Source: a virus
Lineage: Duplodnaviria; Caudoviricetes
Reading direction: 5' to 3' (one strand)
IMG/VR virus record: IMGVR_UViG_3300012942_000119
Location: 1-27,348 of that record
Length of the DNA stretch: 27,348 bases
Shown: positions 25,333 to 27,348 of the stretch, one piece after another
Layout of the letters: each line of letters starts with the position of its first letter
Numbering within the stretch: the stretch's first letter is position 1
The notes under the pieces: model-generated
What the model was told of the DNA's origin: nothing
The model's database searches: none
The model's input: the letters and a program-made list of their open reading frames with translations, nothing else
Position numbers and translations under genes: made by a program

Positions 25333-25861
25333 ATGGACGTGGCAGCTTGGGTACAGGCTATAGGTTCGATCATCGCGATTCCGGCGTCCGTCGGGATCGC
25401 TGTCTGGCAGGCGGGCAAGCAAAACAAGCAAACGTTGCAGGCCGTCGAAGCCGCAGAGCTGCGCCGCCGTATTAACATGCGGACGCACTTGCATCGCTCG
25501 CCAAAAATTCGTTTAGCCTGCAAAACGACCTTCGGGCCAAGTTGCCAGACCGCCAAGCCGTAGCCAATGCCGCAGGCGATGGATTACCGTTCGATATGCT
25601 GATGCTTCGGGGTTGGAACGTTCGTTGTTCGCGGTGCCGCTTCACGACTTACCCGGTGATTTGCTGACGCTTGCGCTTATCCTTCGTGAGACCGTCGCGC
25701 AACTTCGAATCAAGGTTGAAATGGCACTCCGGTGCCATCGCCAGATGGACGATGTAGCGTTCGGCGATTTCTTCAACACCCTGCGGGCTATCGATCGGTC
25801 TCTCAGCGCGACGGTGCAAGACATTCAGGGCCGGCACGCCGTTTTGTCCCGCAACAGGTGA
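25333..25861 (+). pseudogene. TM-anchored hypothetical gene broken by two frameshifts (or sequencing errors)
   Basis: MDVAAWVQAIGSIIAI...RRRINM joins ADALASLAKNSFSLQNDLRAKLPDRQ...FDMLMLR and then LERSLFAVPLHDLP...; restoring one G near 25479 and one near 25612 gives a single ORF. Confidence 0.65.
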
Positions 25862-25919
25862 GGCGGCATTGGCCACACGTAGACAGTACGCTTTTCGCAC
25901 TAATCAATAGGAAAACGGT

Positions 25920-26525
25920 ATGAGTGAAGTTGGTTCAGCCTTGACCGCTCTTGCAGGTGCTGCCGGCGCGTGGTTTACCGTTCTGTTCACCAACATGGGG
26001 ACAGCCAAACGCCAGCAAGTCCAATTGGCCTACGAGCATCGCAGCGCGTCCGAGAACCTGCTGCGAGAACGTGGCGAAGAGCTCTATGAGCAGGCATCTC
26101 ACTGGGTCGGCTTGATCCAGTCGCTTCACATGAATACTTTCCGATTCATGTACGGCAAGCTTACGCATGCTGAAGCCACGGAGCTATCAGCCAAAACGGC
26201 GACGAATCTTGACGCAAAGTTCTCTTATTCGCGGATGAAGATGCTTGTTGATATTTACTATCCAATGATCAAGTACACATTGGAGAATGCGCATAGGGTC
26301 CGGGACGAATTGAGCAAAAATGAGACTAAGTTCCTTGCTACTGCGGATGACGATTTAAAGCTGCGCAAATCGATCGCTGATGCACATGATGTCCTTATGC
26401 GAAAGTTCGATGCAGCGTCAACCGAATTCAAAGCGGCCATCGCGGGTGCGATTCGGGAACAACTGAGCCTCCGGTTATCTGTAAAGGAGGCGGATCGGAG
26501 CGCGCCCTCGGCACACAATGCCTAG
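25920..26525 (+). CDS. moron: hypothetical protein with N-terminal TM anchor and helical body
   Basis: AGGA RBS; SALTALAGAAGAWFTVLF; visibly AT-richer; 3' end overlaps gpW by 51 nt. Confidence 0.75.
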   Translation: MSEVGSALTALAGAAGAWFTVLFTNMGTAKRQQVQLAYEHRSASENLLRERGEELYEQASHWVGLIQSLHMNTFRFMYGKLTHAEATELSAKTATNLDAKFSYSRMKMLVDIYYPMIKYTLENAHRVRDELSKNETKFLATADDDLKLRKSIADAHDVLMRKFDAASTEFKAAIAGAIREQLSLRLSVKEADRSAPSAHNA

Positions 26526-26762
26526 CTGCTGCTGTAATTGCCGGATCAGCGCGGCGAGGTTCGCGAAGTTCGCCGCGCTGTAGGTCACGCTTCGCGTGCC
26601 GTCACCCTGCGTATAGGAAAAGCTGACGCCCTGAGCGCCGCTCGCAAGGCGCAGATAGGCCGCCTGTGCTGCGGCCAGTGCCGCCTTGAGCTGGTCGTTC
26701 GTCATGCCTGCGAACAGGCTTTTCGACGGATCGAAACAGCATGGCCGGAATTGCGTTCCCAT
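26475..26762 (-). CDS. head completion protein, gpW family
   Basis: LAAAQAAYLRLASG...SYTQGDGTRSVTY...LIRQLQQQLG; directly after the terminase. Confidence 0.88.
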   Translation of the reverse strand: MGTQFRPCCFDPSKSLFAGMTNDQLKAALAAAQAAYLRLASGAQGVSFSYTQGDGTRSVTYSAANFANLAALIRQLQQQLGIVCRGRAPIRLLYR

Positions 26763-26765
26763 AAT

Positions 26766-27347
26766 TCATGCAAGTTGGGAAATCAGGGAACGTGAGCCGC
26801 CCGAAGGGCGCGACGCATCCGGTCCGGACTCTCCATATGGCGCGGCGGCGCGTTCGGTCATGGTGTTCAGACGTAGCCCGAAATGCAGCAGCCCGCACAG
26901 TGCTGCATACGCATACGCGCGGCAGTCGAGCGCCTCATTGGCCCGCCCCGACGGCAATTCCCACACATAGAACCGGTGTCCGGCGACTTCCTTAACCACG
27001 ATGCGTTCGGCGGTTAGCTGCGCGTAGTAGTTCAGATCGCGGTCAGCGGGAAAGTGCATATAGCCGGGACCAGGCTTATCGAGCGCGAGCCGGTCACGGA
27101 TCGAATCCTTCGCGGCGTTCACGCCGAGAATCACGGGGCGGTAGCTGGCCTTCGTGCGGCGTGTCGGCCGCTTGTTCGGCCATACCGGCGAGCGCTGCCC
27201 GGTGCGCGCACTTTCACCCTTGGTCGCCCACACGCGGCGGCCGATGCGTTCCTTGGCGAACGCGTACACGGTCTGCGTGGCATGCCCGCCAGAATCGACG
27301 CACGCCGCCATGACCGAATACGGGCGGCCATCGTCACGCCGCCGGGT
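26766..27347 (-). CDS. terminase large subunit, GpA family (C-terminal part, truncated by window edge)
   Basis: CVDSGGH, GPGYMHFP, QLTAER and NEALDCRAYAYAA motifs; frame open to the window end. Confidence 0.95.
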   Translation of the reverse strand, partial: TRRRDDGRPYSVMAACVDSGGHATQTVYAFAKERIGRRVWATKGESARTGQRSPVWPNKRPTRRTKASYRPVILGVNAAKDSIRDRLALDKPGPGYMHFPADRDLNYYAQLTAERIVVKEVAGHRFYVWELPSGRANEALDCRAYAYAALCGLLHFGLRLNTMTERAAAPYGESGPDASRPSGGSRSLISQLA

Positions 27348-27348
27348 C

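Larger units (their letters stand above)
124..27348. mobile_element. prophage (lambda-like head, Mu/SfV-like contractile tail), probably integrated at the tRNA-fMet 3' end; continues beyond the right edge
   Basis: Contiguous terminase-portal-protease-capsid-sheath-tube-TMP-baseplate-fibre-lysin gene order; left boundary inferred from the adjacent tRNA; second att copy and integrase not in window. Confidence 0.9.

Overview
Most of this GC-rich window (probably Burkholderiaceae, inferred from composition and gene families) is one end of a temperate prophage lying immediately downstream of an intact initiator tRNA-fMet (47-123). The minus strand carries an apparently uninterrupted late operon. 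It begins with a lambda-type head module: partial GpA-like terminase, gpW, portal, S49 protease, separate acidic scaffold, decoration protein and gpE-type capsid. A Mu/SfV-type contractile tail follows: sheath, tube, chaperone with a -1 frameshift product, tape measure with an SLT domain, gp43-gp48-like baseplate, two paralogous tail fibres and a fibre chaperone. The operon ends in a GH19 endolysin and two multi-TM proteins, with no visible spanin. Plus-strand cargo sits at four places: a double-XRE/RHH regulatory cluster beside the tRNA, two single membrane-protein morons in the tail region, and a three-gene cluster between gpW and portal (DUF72, a doubly frameshifted gene, a TM-anchored protein) whose genes share an upstream TACGCT motif. 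No integrase, CRISPR array or reverse transcriptase is visible. All calls come from reading the sequence and recognising motifs; no database searches were run.
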